A program made the position numbers and the translations under genes. A stretch of DNA of 64,000 nucleotides, taken from the NCBI GenBank assembly GCA_963674865.2, contig CAXXYE010000007.1, positions 256,001 to 320,000 of the forward strand, written 5' to 3'. Origin of the DNA: Candidatus Hydrogenedentota bacterium (GTDB lineage Bacteria > Hydrogenedentota > Hydrogenedentia > Hydrogenedentales > SLHB01). The notes under the pieces are model-generated. The model searched no databases. It was not told where the DNA came from and saw only the letters and a list, made by a program, of their open reading frames with translations. Positions 30,885 to 39,951 of this stretch are shown in pieces. Positions within the stretch are counted from its first letter, which is position 1, and each line of letters begins with the position of its first letter.

Positions 30885-33623
30885 ATGCGCAACAGCCCGG
30901 CCTTCTGCTTGCCAATGCTTCTTGCCTGCGCGGCCCTCTTGTTCTCATGCTCGCGGGAGCCTATGGCTCCGGAAGTGCGCCAAGAGCTTAAGCGGCTGGC
31001 CAAAGGGGAAGAAGAAGAGCGGCAGCGCGCCGCCCAGGCGCTGGGGAATATGGGCGAAGCAGCCTTGCCCGCCGTCCCCGCACTGATCCGCGCCTGTGAA
31101 CAGGACGAATGGGGCGTCCGGCTCTCGGCATGCACGGCCTTGGGCAAGATCGGCGACAGGCGTGGCGTGCCCCCTGTAATCGCCGTTCTGGAGGACAACA
31201 GAAACGACACGCTGAGTCGCCGGTGCCTGTGCGAGACGCTTGCTAGGCTGGGCGACCCGCGTGCCGTACGGCCATTGCTAAAGGCCAACATGGAGGACGC
31301 CAACCGGGTGGCGGGAGACATGGCGATACGAGCGATCGGATCTGCCGCCACGGAGCCCCTCCTTGAGGCAGCCGCCGACGATGCCGATCCCGATATCCGT
31401 TTCACGGCAATCGTTATGCTGCGTATGTTGATAGGACGTAACGTGATCGATCCGGCGGAGGATCCGCGCATCCTGCCTGCGTTCTTGCACGCCCTCAACG
31501 ATGACTCCAAAGTGGTCAGGGCCGCCGCGGCGCATGCCTTGGGACGCACACGTGATGAGGCGGCCGTTGAACCTTTGCTCGCCGCACTCCATGACGAGTC
31601 TTCCACCGTGCGGGCGCTGGCGGCAAGGTCGCTGGGGAGTGTCGGCGGGGCCCGCGCCGTAACGCCCCTGCTTGCTGCGTTGGAGGATCGTGAATCAGGC
31701 GTAGTCCGCTCAGCCGTTGTAGCGCTGGGGCGTATTGGCGATGCAAGAGCGCTCGATCCGCTCCGCGCAATGCTCGAGTCGGAGTACCGTCAAGACGTCA
31801 TCCAAGCCCTTGTGCAAATCGGAGATCCCGGCGTCTTTGATGCGATTCTCGATGATCTGGAAAGCGAGGACTCATCCGTCCGATGGCGTGTCGCCAGAGC
31901 CCTTACCAAGTTGGACGATCCACGAGCGCTGCCGCCCTTGCAGAATCTTCTTGAGGAGGAAGAGCCGCCCTGTGATCCCTTCGACATCTTCGCTGCGGTA
32001 AGAAGGCTCCAGGGATGCGCGGAAAAAAACCTGCTCGTGGAAGCGCTGCATGATGAGGACGGGCACATGTGCGCTCGGGCGCTCCATCGCTTGGGCGAAT
32101 TGGGCGAGGGCGGCTATGAGGACGTTGTCGCCGCGCTTGAGGACGAACGCTTTGGCGTGCGACATGCCGCGGTCGACGCGTTGTGGCGCATAGGCGACGT
32201 ACGCGCTGTCGAGCCATTGGCGGGCCGATTGGCCGACGCGGATTACCGCGTCCGTAGGGAGGCGGCTCGGGCGCTGGGTGCGCTGAACGACAAGCGCGCA
32301 ATCCCGCCGCTCATCGCCGCTCTCGACCCAGCCACAGTATTGCCGCCTAACGACCAGGGATTTCGCGATACCGTGGCCGAGGCGCTACGGGATCTTACAG
32401 GCAGGAACTTCGGCCACCTATACAGTGCGTGGAGCACCTGGTGGCAAACGGCGCAGCCACGCCAAGAAGAGGCAGCGTCATCGAGCACACCCGCGCATGC
32501 AGCCGCCCAGGGCCAGAGCGAATTGTCCGGACTCCCGCTCGGACACCTTGAGATAACGGAGGGGCAAGACGGCACAGTCAATGTCGAAGCCCGTTGCGTA
32601 CCCACAGAGCAGCTCCTTGAGACGCTTGCTGAAAGACTGGGGAAGCCCATTGTCTTCGACAGGTCATGCCGTACGTATGTCAGCGTTTGGCGACCGGACG
32701 ACTATCGCCCTGTCCATTTCTGGCTGGACTTCGTTGCGAGCACAGGCGGCAGATTGGTGTGCAACGAGAAGGACAACGCGGTTCACGTCACCTCGGTTGA
32801 ATTGAAGTCCGTATATGACTGCACGCTTGGAGAAAGCGACATCCGTCAGAAGTACGCACTGTCGGAGTTTCAGCCGAAGGCCCCGCGCAACGGCATCACC
32901 AAAGGACTGTTCATCTACCGCGGCCGCCTGATTCCTTCCCCTTACGAGGTGAAGGCAGACGTCAACCAGGATGGCATCACCGAGATTCTCGTGAACGATG
33001 TACCCGTGCGTCGAGTTCCACCGGTGCCTCCTGCCGATTTCGGGCCTATCCCTGAATTGCCGGCATCAGGCCAGTTTCAGGAATGGGAGCAACTCGCGCG
33101 CTATGTAATGTTCCGGCTCTATCCGAGTTTCGTAGCTGAGGCAGGCCCGGCGCGAGCCCGTCAGGCCGTAATTGCGTTTCTCAAGAGCCAAGACTTCCTT
33201 GACAGCATTGTCGACCCTGGCGGCGAAATCACGGCCTACATCACGTACAACGGTGAGAGACAGCTCCGGAAGGTCTTCCCGATAAACTATGATTACGAGA
33301 CCGGTCAGCTAACGCGTACAAGGCGGCAGCGCACCGCATCGCAAAAGGCTGAGACGTTGTTACAGTCTCTGGAGCAAAGCCTTCGCCATGGCAACGTGGT
33401 GGTGCGTGGCAAAACAGGCCTGGTCGAGTTTGGCGGCATCGAGATGCTCAGGACTTTCTCTAAGGCCATGTCTCTCGCCAAGGATCTGCCCCTTCTTCAA
33501 GCCGAGTGTGTACTCGCAGAGGTGGTGGAAGACCGCTGCGTTGCGCGTGAGCTGGCCGCCAATCTCGGGCCCGACTATGGCATGTTGTTGGCCGCCGTTC
33601 AGAGATTAGGGGCGGAGCGCTAG
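30885..33623 (+). CDS. HEAT/PBS-lyase repeat lipoprotein with unknown C-terminal domains
   Basis: Lipobox LLFSC; many VR..AA.ALG.IGD.RAV.PL repeats; RBS gggag. Confidence 0.85.
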   Translation: MRNSPAFCLPMLLACAALLFSCSREPMAPEVRQELKRLAKGEEEERQRAAQALGNMGEAALPAVPALIRACEQDEWGVRLSACTALGKIGDRRGVPPVIAVLEDNRNDTLSRRCLCETLARLGDPRAVRPLLKANMEDANRVAGDMAIRAIGSAATEPLLEAAADDADPDIRFTAIVMLRMLIGRNVIDPAEDPRILPAFLHALNDDSKVVRAAAAHALGRTRDEAAVEPLLAALHDESSTVRALAARSLGSVGGARAVTPLLAALEDRESGVVRSAVVALGRIGDARALDPLRAMLESEYRQDVIQALVQIGDPGVFDAILDDLESEDSSVRWRVARALTKLDDPRALPPLQNLLEEEEPPCDPFDIFAAVRRLQGCAEKNLLVEALHDEDGHMCARALHRLGELGEGGYEDVVAALEDERFGVRHAAVDALWRIGDVRAVEPLAGRLADADYRVRREAARALGALNDKRAIPPLIAALDPATVLPPNDQGFRDTVAEALRDLTGRNFGHLYSAWSTWWQTAQPRQEEAASSSTPAHAAAQGQSELSGLPLGHLEITEGQDGTVNVEARCVPTEQLLETLAERLGKPIVFDRSCRTYVSVWRPDDYRPVHFWLDFVASTGGRLVCNEKDNAVHVTSVELKSVYDCTLGESDIRQKYALSEFQPKAPRNGITKGLFIYRGRLIPSPYEVKADVNQDGITEILVNDVPVRRVPPVPPADFGPIPELPASGQFQEWEQLARYVMFRLYPSFVAEAGPARARQAVIAFLKSQDFLDSIVDPGGEITAYITYNGERQLRKVFPINYDYETGQLTRTRRQRTASQKAETLLQSLEQSLRHGNVVVRGKTGLVEFGGIEMLRTFSKAMSLAKDLPLLQAECVLAEVVEDRCVARELAANLGPDYGMLLAAVQRLGAER

Positions 33624-33753
33624 ACCGCCCTTTATGCTAGAATATGGTGGATGGGGGGATGCGCGGCAGGGGCCGCTTCCCTTGTCATGTAGACCTCCAG
33701 CCTGACGGCAGGGCGCAGGCTGTTGAGGCGTGATCTAACGGGGAGAAGAAGCG

Positions 33754-34473
33754 ATGCGGTTCATGTACAGACACCTCGCACCTGTCATCTCAAGTGTCCT
33801 GAGTCTCATTCCACTGGGATGCGGCGTTCATGGCCTGCCAAAAGAATATGGGTCACTCAACGAAGCCATGTTGCGTGAACCGCATAGCCCGCTCGATGAA
33901 CACGCAACAGCCGATGTAGTCGAGGAGTCGGGATTGCGAGAATTGATACGGAAAGAGGGCCTGCTCAAGGACTCGAACTACATTGTAGGCACGGTAGCTT
34001 TCGGCGCAAGCATGAAAAAGCGCCCGGAGTTCAATCTGGAGAAATACGATACGTTCCGAATGGCGCTATCCATTTACACGGCCTCAGGTGAAGCAATTCC
34101 AGACTTCTTCGAGGGATTGCCCGGCGCGAGCCTCGATAATCCGATAGTAGGGACAGGCCACCACATCAAGACGCTACACGACTGGTGCAAAACAAAGGTT
34201 TCGGCGCACAGCGCATTCCATGAGCACTTTCCGTGCGAGGACGGACGAGAGGGCCCGTTTCAGGACATCACGCTGACCTTCAAAGAATTCAACCATCACT
34301 GCTATTACCTCAAGGATGTGCCCGCCGGCACCGCGTACGTCTGGTTTCAGATACCTCTCGATGGGAACAGGGCAACACAGGCGCCTATCGTTGTCGATCT
34401 GGAACCTGTTGAAGGAGCGATCCGACGCCACGATCTCAAGATCTACTTGTATGACCTCTTCTACTCTATGTAA
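33754..34473 (+). CDS. hypothetical lipoprotein
   Basis: LIPLGC lipobox-like signal; RBS ggggag; 239 aa. Confidence 0.7.
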   Translation: MRFMYRHLAPVISSVLSLIPLGCGVHGLPKEYGSLNEAMLREPHSPLDEHATADVVEESGLRELIRKEGLLKDSNYIVGTVAFGASMKKRPEFNLEKYDTFRMALSIYTASGEAIPDFFEGLPGASLDNPIVGTGHHIKTLHDWCKTKVSAHSAFHEHFPCEDGREGPFQDITLTFKEFNHHCYYLKDVPAGTAYVWFQIPLDGNRATQAPIVVDLEPVEGAIRRHDLKIYLYDLFYSM

Positions 34474-34687
34474 GCGTGCCTTCACACCTTACTTAGCCTC
34501 AATAAGAGCGAAGAACGCCAAAGCCAATATCACAAGCTTTACCGTTGAGAAACGAACCGGACGCAAAGCAACCGCGAAGTTCGGAGACTACATCGGCAAT
34601 CTCGCCGCCAGCGGCAACACGATAGAACTCCGCAAGGCCCACGGCCGATGGGTGGTTGTCGCGTTCCGGATGGATTCTATCGCGTGA
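34474..34687 (+). pseudogene. C-terminal gene remnant
   Basis: Protein-like tail ...YIGNLAASGNTIELRKAHGRWVVVAFRMDSIA* with no proper start; its last 48 nt recur at 38268. Confidence 0.45.
34639..34686 (+). repeat. 48-bp direct repeat (copy 1)
   Basis: First 36 nt identical to 38268-38303; 45/48 identical overall. Confidence 0.9.
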
Positions 34688-35107
34688 GCTGCTGATCGTT
34701 CTCTCTCTTCTTCATGTGTAGATAGCGCTGCGCATGAGCCGCTGCGACAAGCCCTTTATGCGGAGATCATTGCATATGATCCCGTGCGCCGTCGCATGAC
34801 TGTGTTTTCATCCTGTTAGTTGTCCCAAGGATCTCAAAAGCACGCCGCGAAGGCTATGGGAGGTTGGAACTGCCCGCAGTGTCTTGCCGGGCCACGATGC
34901 ACCGAGCCCAAGCACGGCCATCGCGGCAACAGAGACATTACTCCTCAATAAGGAATGCCCCGCATGGAGTGATAAACAGCGCGACGAAGCCGCTGAGAAG
35001 CTGTCACGGTATGGGATGTTTCCTGCCCCCGGATTCGGCGTTTTCTCCGCCGGTGGTGATATTGGAGTAGAATCCTCAACCGTATCCCATGACAAGCGAG
35101 GCCATTC

Positions 35108-38100
35108 ATGTCGTCAAATGATCAAGCCATGCAGGCTCTTTGGATTGAGCGGCAAGACGCCAACGCGTTCACCGAACTCGTGCAGCGCCACGCCGGAATG
35201 GTGTACGCCACGTGCAGGCGTGTTCTCGGCAACGCCGGTGCCGCTGAAGATGTGGCGCAGGAATGCTTCATGGAACTGGCCCGGCAGCGCTCAGTTGTGG
35301 CGCCTTCGCTAGGAGGCTGGCTGCACAGAGTCGCAGTTCTACGCTCTCGCAACCGGATTAGGGGCGACAAGCGCCGCAGCGCGCGCGAGATGCGATATGC
35401 CCTGAAGCAAGGCGCTGCAGTGGAGCCGGTGTGGGACGACGTGAAGCCTCATCTGGATGAGGCCATAGCCGCCCTACCCGAACGACTGCGCACGCCCGTA
35501 GTGCAGCGATTTCTGGAGGGGCGAACACAGGAACAGGTGGCGCGGGACCTCGGCGTAGCTCGCTCGACAGCTCAACATCGCATCGAGCGTGGCGTAGAGG
35601 CAATCCGCCGGTTTCTGAGAAAGCGCGGGATAGTCGCGTCGTCCGCACTGCTCGCCTCCTTGCTGACCTCCAATGCGGTGGAAGCCGCGCCCAGCACGCT
35701 TGTTGCCTCACTCGGCGAGCGCGCTGTTGCGGGGCATGTTTCTGCCTCCGCGGGCGCGAGCGTTCCCACTATCTCCTTTCTGAGCAACGGGCTCGGGAAG
35801 GGCATTGTTGTGGCGGCGGCTGTGTCGCTGGGCCTCTGGGGAGCGTCAAGGGCTTTCTGGACAAAGCCGGAGGCGTCTCCTTCAGAAGGCGAAACGACGG
35901 CCGTTTCTACCGAGGAGCCGCCGCGGGAATCGTTTTCGACATCAAGCGTTGGACTGTCGGCAGACAGCAGCCCCGAACCGGCTTCGACACCTGTTCAGAA
36001 AACAAGACAAGGGGGGGCAGTGTCGGGCCGCGTATATGCCTCGCATAGCGGGGAAGGCGTGCCATATATCACGGTCGTTGCTCGCCCGAAAACTCGGAAC
36101 GATAGAGGGGACACCGAGTGGCCGCAAACGCGAACCAACAGCGAAGGCGACTATCAATTCGAGGAGCTGGCCGAAGGAGACTATGTAATCGACTGCTGTG
36201 ATCAAAACTTGATGTTCTCCCGGACATTGAGTGGGGGGCGATCGATGAGTCCCATCCCCGGTGGCGTGTCCGTCTCCGTTAGCGTTCGTGAAGGGGGCGA
36301 CTATGCGCGGAAAGACATCTGCTTTGACCTGGCGGATGCTGTCTCAGGCCATGTCTTGGGCCCGGATAGTCGGCCCGTGCCCCACGCGACGGTATGGATT
36401 CATGCTGATGAAGGCGCCCAGACCTACTGGAGCAAACAGGAGACCAATGCCGAGGGGGGCTTTCTCTTTGTTCAGTTGAGGACTGACGCGAGGGCCTGTC
36501 TTCAGGCGGCAAAGGGATCATTGGCTTCAAGGGTGATTGGCCCGCTCACGGTTCCTGATGGCGGCCTCACCGGCTTGCGACTCCATCTGGCGCCGGGGGC
36601 CTCAATCGCAGGAGTGGTCCTGGACCCTTCCGGAAAACCGGTTCCTGAGGCGAAAGGACTAATGCGGCACGACGTGGACAAGGAGGTGCGGCCCTGCTTC
36701 CTGCGAGCGGATGAGAAAGGGCGGTTCCATGTCGCTGGGCTGTCTCCAGGCAAGTATGATGTGCTGCTCGCCCCGATGCGCGTGCAAAAAACGGACGAGA
36801 GGACAGACAAGTGGCATTTCTTCGTGGGAAGCCTTTCACTTGTGTTCTCCGATCCGACTCCGGTGGCGACGCTGTCGCTGAGTCCGGGTGAACACAGGGA
36901 CAACCTCAAACTCCAGTTTCGCGCATCGGGAATCAAAGGACTTGTGACTGATACCGAAGGTAGGCCTGTTCCCGGCGCGAGTGTAACGCTCATGTACGGG
37001 GCCAAAACCATTACTGACGAGAATGGCCGGTACGAATTGGTGGGCGTGCGCGAGGGACTGCACAAGGTCTATGTCAGCCACAAGGACTATCTGTCCGAGC
37101 GTCTGGACGAAGTAAGCAGTGGCTCGTCAAACGCCGATTTCGCGCTCGTGCGGCGAGGGACTATCGAAGGGCGCGTCGTTGACGCCAGGAGCGGGAGACC
37201 CATCACGGAATTCGGCTTACACCAGTCCGCGGACACACCCTACACATCGTCCATGAACCGGTGGTTCAAAGACATGAACGCCCCTGACGGGCGGTTCACC
37301 CTGAAACCGGCTATTCCCGCGCGGCGCATCTTCATTCGCTCCGAGGGATATGCGGTGAACTCCGTCCTCGTATCGGATGTCGCAGGCAAGGACACTGTTG
37401 TGAGCGTGACTGTTCCGTTGAAGCCCACTGCCCCGGTTCGAGGTTCGGTGTGCGACGAAAAAGGCGCACCAGTTGCGGGGGCCTTTGTGTTTCAGGATAC
37501 AGTGCCTTATGAGGGACGTCATAGAGAAGAATCCGCGCTGGCTCGCAGTGATGATGAGGGCATCATCACGCTGTCGTTTCTCCCCGAGTACCCAGTCGAA
37601 CTCGTAGCCTGGCATCCCCGACTAGGTTACGGCTGGTGTAATGCGGTGGCGGGCGAGACGCTTAGGATTGTCCTCACCGGCTCCGGGGCCGTCGCCGGAC
37701 AGCTTACGGACAACGGCCAGCCGATACCCGGGATCCGGATAAGCTCAGTGAGCTTCCTTGAAACACCGGATATCCGCGCTTTCCGACAACCCACGTACCT
37801 TTCTTCGGCCGTTACTGACGACAACGGGCTATTTCGGATAGATGACTTGCCTCCGGGATATGCACAAGTCCACGCTGAAGTCGGCAAGCGCTCCATTCAC
37901 GCCGACATTGAAGTGGCGGCGGACATGACGACCGATATTGACTTGGCGTTTTCCCCCGGGGCCGCCAGTCTCGAAGGGCGCGTCTATCTCCTTCCAAGAA
38001 TGCCGGCTACAGAGGGTCGTGTAGGCCTGCAGGTGTGCACCGGCGCCGGAACGGAGGTATATTGGCGAGAGGAGATCGATCCCTCCGGTGCATACCGGTT

Positions 38101-38242
38101 TGAGAGCATTGCCGCCGGAGAGGCCTCTCTATCCGTGTACCTTACTCAGGGCGCGCCGCAGCATGTTGAGGGGCCGCTTCAGATCGAGCCGGGAGCTCAC
38201 GTCGTCCACGACATTCATTTGGAAGATGCTGAAGAGAAGTGA
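35108..38242 (+). CDS. ECF sigma factor fused via a TM segment to carboxypeptidase-regulatory-like repeats
   Basis: Sigma2 AEDVAQECF...LGGWLHRVA; sigma4 LDEAIAALP...TQEQVARDLGV; TM segment; repeated G.V.D..G.PVPGA...TD..G.F. Confidence 0.88.
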   Translation: MSSNDQAMQALWIERQDANAFTELVQRHAGMVYATCRRVLGNAGAAEDVAQECFMELARQRSVVAPSLGGWLHRVAVLRSRNRIRGDKRRSAREMRYALKQGAAVEPVWDDVKPHLDEAIAALPERLRTPVVQRFLEGRTQEQVARDLGVARSTAQHRIERGVEAIRRFLRKRGIVASSALLASLLTSNAVEAAPSTLVASLGERAVAGHVSASAGASVPTISFLSNGLGKGIVVAAAVSLGLWGASRAFWTKPEASPSEGETTAVSTEEPPRESFSTSSVGLSADSSPEPASTPVQKTRQGGAVSGRVYASHSGEGVPYITVVARPKTRNDRGDTEWPQTRTNSEGDYQFEELAEGDYVIDCCDQNLMFSRTLSGGRSMSPIPGGVSVSVSVREGGDYARKDICFDLADAVSGHVLGPDSRPVPHATVWIHADEGAQTYWSKQETNAEGGFLFVQLRTDARACLQAAKGSLASRVIGPLTVPDGGLTGLRLHLAPGASIAGVVLDPSGKPVPEAKGLMRHDVDKEVRPCFLRADEKGRFHVAGLSPGKYDVLLAPMRVQKTDERTDKWHFFVGSLSLVFSDPTPVATLSLSPGEHRDNLKLQFRASGIKGLVTDTEGRPVPGASVTLMYGAKTITDENGRYELVGVREGLHKVYVSHKDYLSERLDEVSSGSSNADFALVRRGTIEGRVVDARSGRPITEFGLHQSADTPYTSSMNRWFKDMNAPDGRFTLKPAIPARRIFIRSEGYAVNSVLVSDVAGKDTVVSVTVPLKPTAPVRGSVCDEKGAPVAGAFVFQDTVPYEGRHREESALARSDDEGIITLSFLPEYPVELVAWHPRLGYGWCNAVAGETLRIVLTGSGAVAGQLTDNGQPIPGIRISSVSFLETPDIRAFRQPTYLSSAVTDDNGLFRIDDLPPGYAQVHAEVGKRSIHADIEVAADMTTDIDLAFSPGAASLEGRVYLLPRMPATEGRVGLQVCTGAGTEVYWREEIDPSGAYRFESIAAGEASLSVYLTQGAPQHVEGPLQIEPGAHVVHDIHLEDAEEK

Positions 38243-38267
38243 GTCAGCGGCATCGTGGTATGAATGA

Positions 38268-38315
38268 CCACGGCCGATGGGTGGTTGTCGCGTTCCGGAT
38301 GGACGTTATCGCGTG
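38268..38315 (+). repeat. 48-bp direct repeat (copy 2)
   Basis: Matches 34639-34686. Confidence 0.9.
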
Positions 38316-38386
38316 GACGAGGCGGCCGGAGTGTTTCTTCGAGACATTCGCCGCAGTGGGGGCAGTTCCCGCCCGGGAGTTGAGCG

Positions 38387-39739
38387 ATGAAACGCGCATG
38401 TGCAACGACATTGGTACTGGCGGTTATCACGTGTCCGGCGCTGGGGGCGTGGGCGGCCGAGGCCGGCCAGCTGTCACCCCTCGTCGTGGGCAACACAAGC
38501 TTCGCTCTGGACCTCTACCGCGAGCTGAGCCAAACGGGCGGCAATCTCTTCTTCTCGCCATTCAGCCTGTCTACGGCCCTCGCCATGACCTACGCCGGCG
38601 CGGACGGCGACACCGCGAAGGAGATGACGGCGGTGCTGCACTTCCCACCGGGCAGGGACAAGCTGCACCGGGCATTTGGGCTCCTGATACGGCAGATGCT
38701 CGCGAGCGGCGCGGAAGGCTATCGCCTTCACATCGCCAACGCCCTCTGGGCCCAGGAGGCCTACCCGTTCCTGGATTTGTATATCAACACCGTCAAGAGC
38801 AACTACGGCGCCCGCCTCGAAAATATGGACTTTGTCGGGGCCGCGGACAAGGCGCGCCAAACCATCAACGCCTGGGTCGAGGAACAAACGGAGAACAAGA
38901 TCAAGGAACTCCTTAAGCCGGGAGTACTGGACTCGTCGACACGGCTCGTGCTCACCAACGCCGTCTACTTCAAAGGCGATTGGGCGAAGCAATTCGACAA
39001 GAAGCGTACCAGGACCGCCCCCTTCTACGTTGCGCCCGGGATGCCGCTCAACGTCCCCATGATGAACAAGGGCGGCGAATTCCCCTACTTCGAGAACGCG
39101 GATTTCCAGGCTGTCCAACTTCCCTACAAGGGCGAGCGGCTGTCCATGTACATCTTTCTTCCCCGCCAAGCCGGCGGGTTGTCCGCCTTCGAACGCTCCC
39201 TGACGCCGGACAACCTGGCCCTCTGGCTCAAGGCGCTACGGCCACGCGAAACCGTAGTCTTCCTGCCGCGCTTCAAGATCACATCCGAATTCAGCCTGGC
39301 CGACACCCTCGCCAAGATGGGCATGCCGGCGGCTTTCAGCTCGCGGCTGGGCGATTTCTCTAGGATGAGCGCGCGGAAGGACCTCTACATCGATGCCGTG
39401 GTCCATGAAGCCTACGTGGACGTCAACGAGGAAGGCACCGAGGCCGCTGCCGCCACCGGGGTTCTTGTTTCGCTTGGGGGCATCGGGGTGGAACCCACCG
39501 TGTTCCGCGCGGACCACCCCTTCCTCTTCCTGATCCGCGACGACCACACCGGCAGCATCCTCTTCATAGGCCGCGTCACAAGCCCGCGGGAGTCAGCCTC
39601 CCGGTGCCTTGACGTTTACTTCCCCGGCAGATGCCGCAAGGAATCCGCCGCGCCGCCCTCCCGGCTGTTGTCCTTGTGGCGCTGCCATCTTGGCGGCAGT
39701 ACCGAATTGAATATCGTGTCCCCGAGTTTCCGTGGCTGA
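38387..39739 (+). CDS. secreted serpin
   Basis: Signal peptide; NLFFSPFS, LTNAVYFKGDW, EEGTEAAAAT hinge, FRADHPFLFLI, ILFIGRV. Confidence 0.95.
   Translation: MKRACATTLVLAVITCPALGAWAAEAGQLSPLVVGNTSFALDLYRELSQTGGNLFFSPFSLSTALAMTYAGADGDTAKEMTAVLHFPPGRDKLHRAFGLLIRQMLASGAEGYRLHIANALWAQEAYPFLDLYINTVKSNYGARLENMDFVGAADKARQTINAWVEEQTENKIKELLKPGVLDSSTRLVLTNAVYFKGDWAKQFDKKRTRTAPFYVAPGMPLNVPMMNKGGEFPYFENADFQAVQLPYKGERLSMYIFLPRQAGGLSAFERSLTPDNLALWLKALRPRETVVFLPRFKITSEFSLADTLAKMGMPAAFSSRLGDFSRMSARKDLYIDAVVHEAYVDVNEEGTEAAAATGVLVSLGGIGVEPTVFRADHPFLFLIRDDHTGSILFIGRVTSPRESASRCLDVYFPGRCRKESAAPPSRLLSLWRCHLGGSTELNIVSPSFRG
39657..39731 (+). repeat. 75-bp direct repeat (copy 2)
   Basis: Matches 29981-30055. Confidence 0.9.
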
Positions 39740-39951
39740 AATACGAACAGCCTTGCGCGACATCGAAGAAGCTACGGAACGCCATCTGGCCGCCCAAGCG
39801 CGGGAGAAGGCGCGATGAACAAGGAGACTATCGAGGTCAACCGGGCGGCCGGCAGCCGCGTTTAAGCTATGACTCGATTTACGGCACATCCCTCGCTATT
39901 CTAGATTACGGTGGGAAGGGGACCGCCGCCACCGCTGTGGGAGATGACGCT

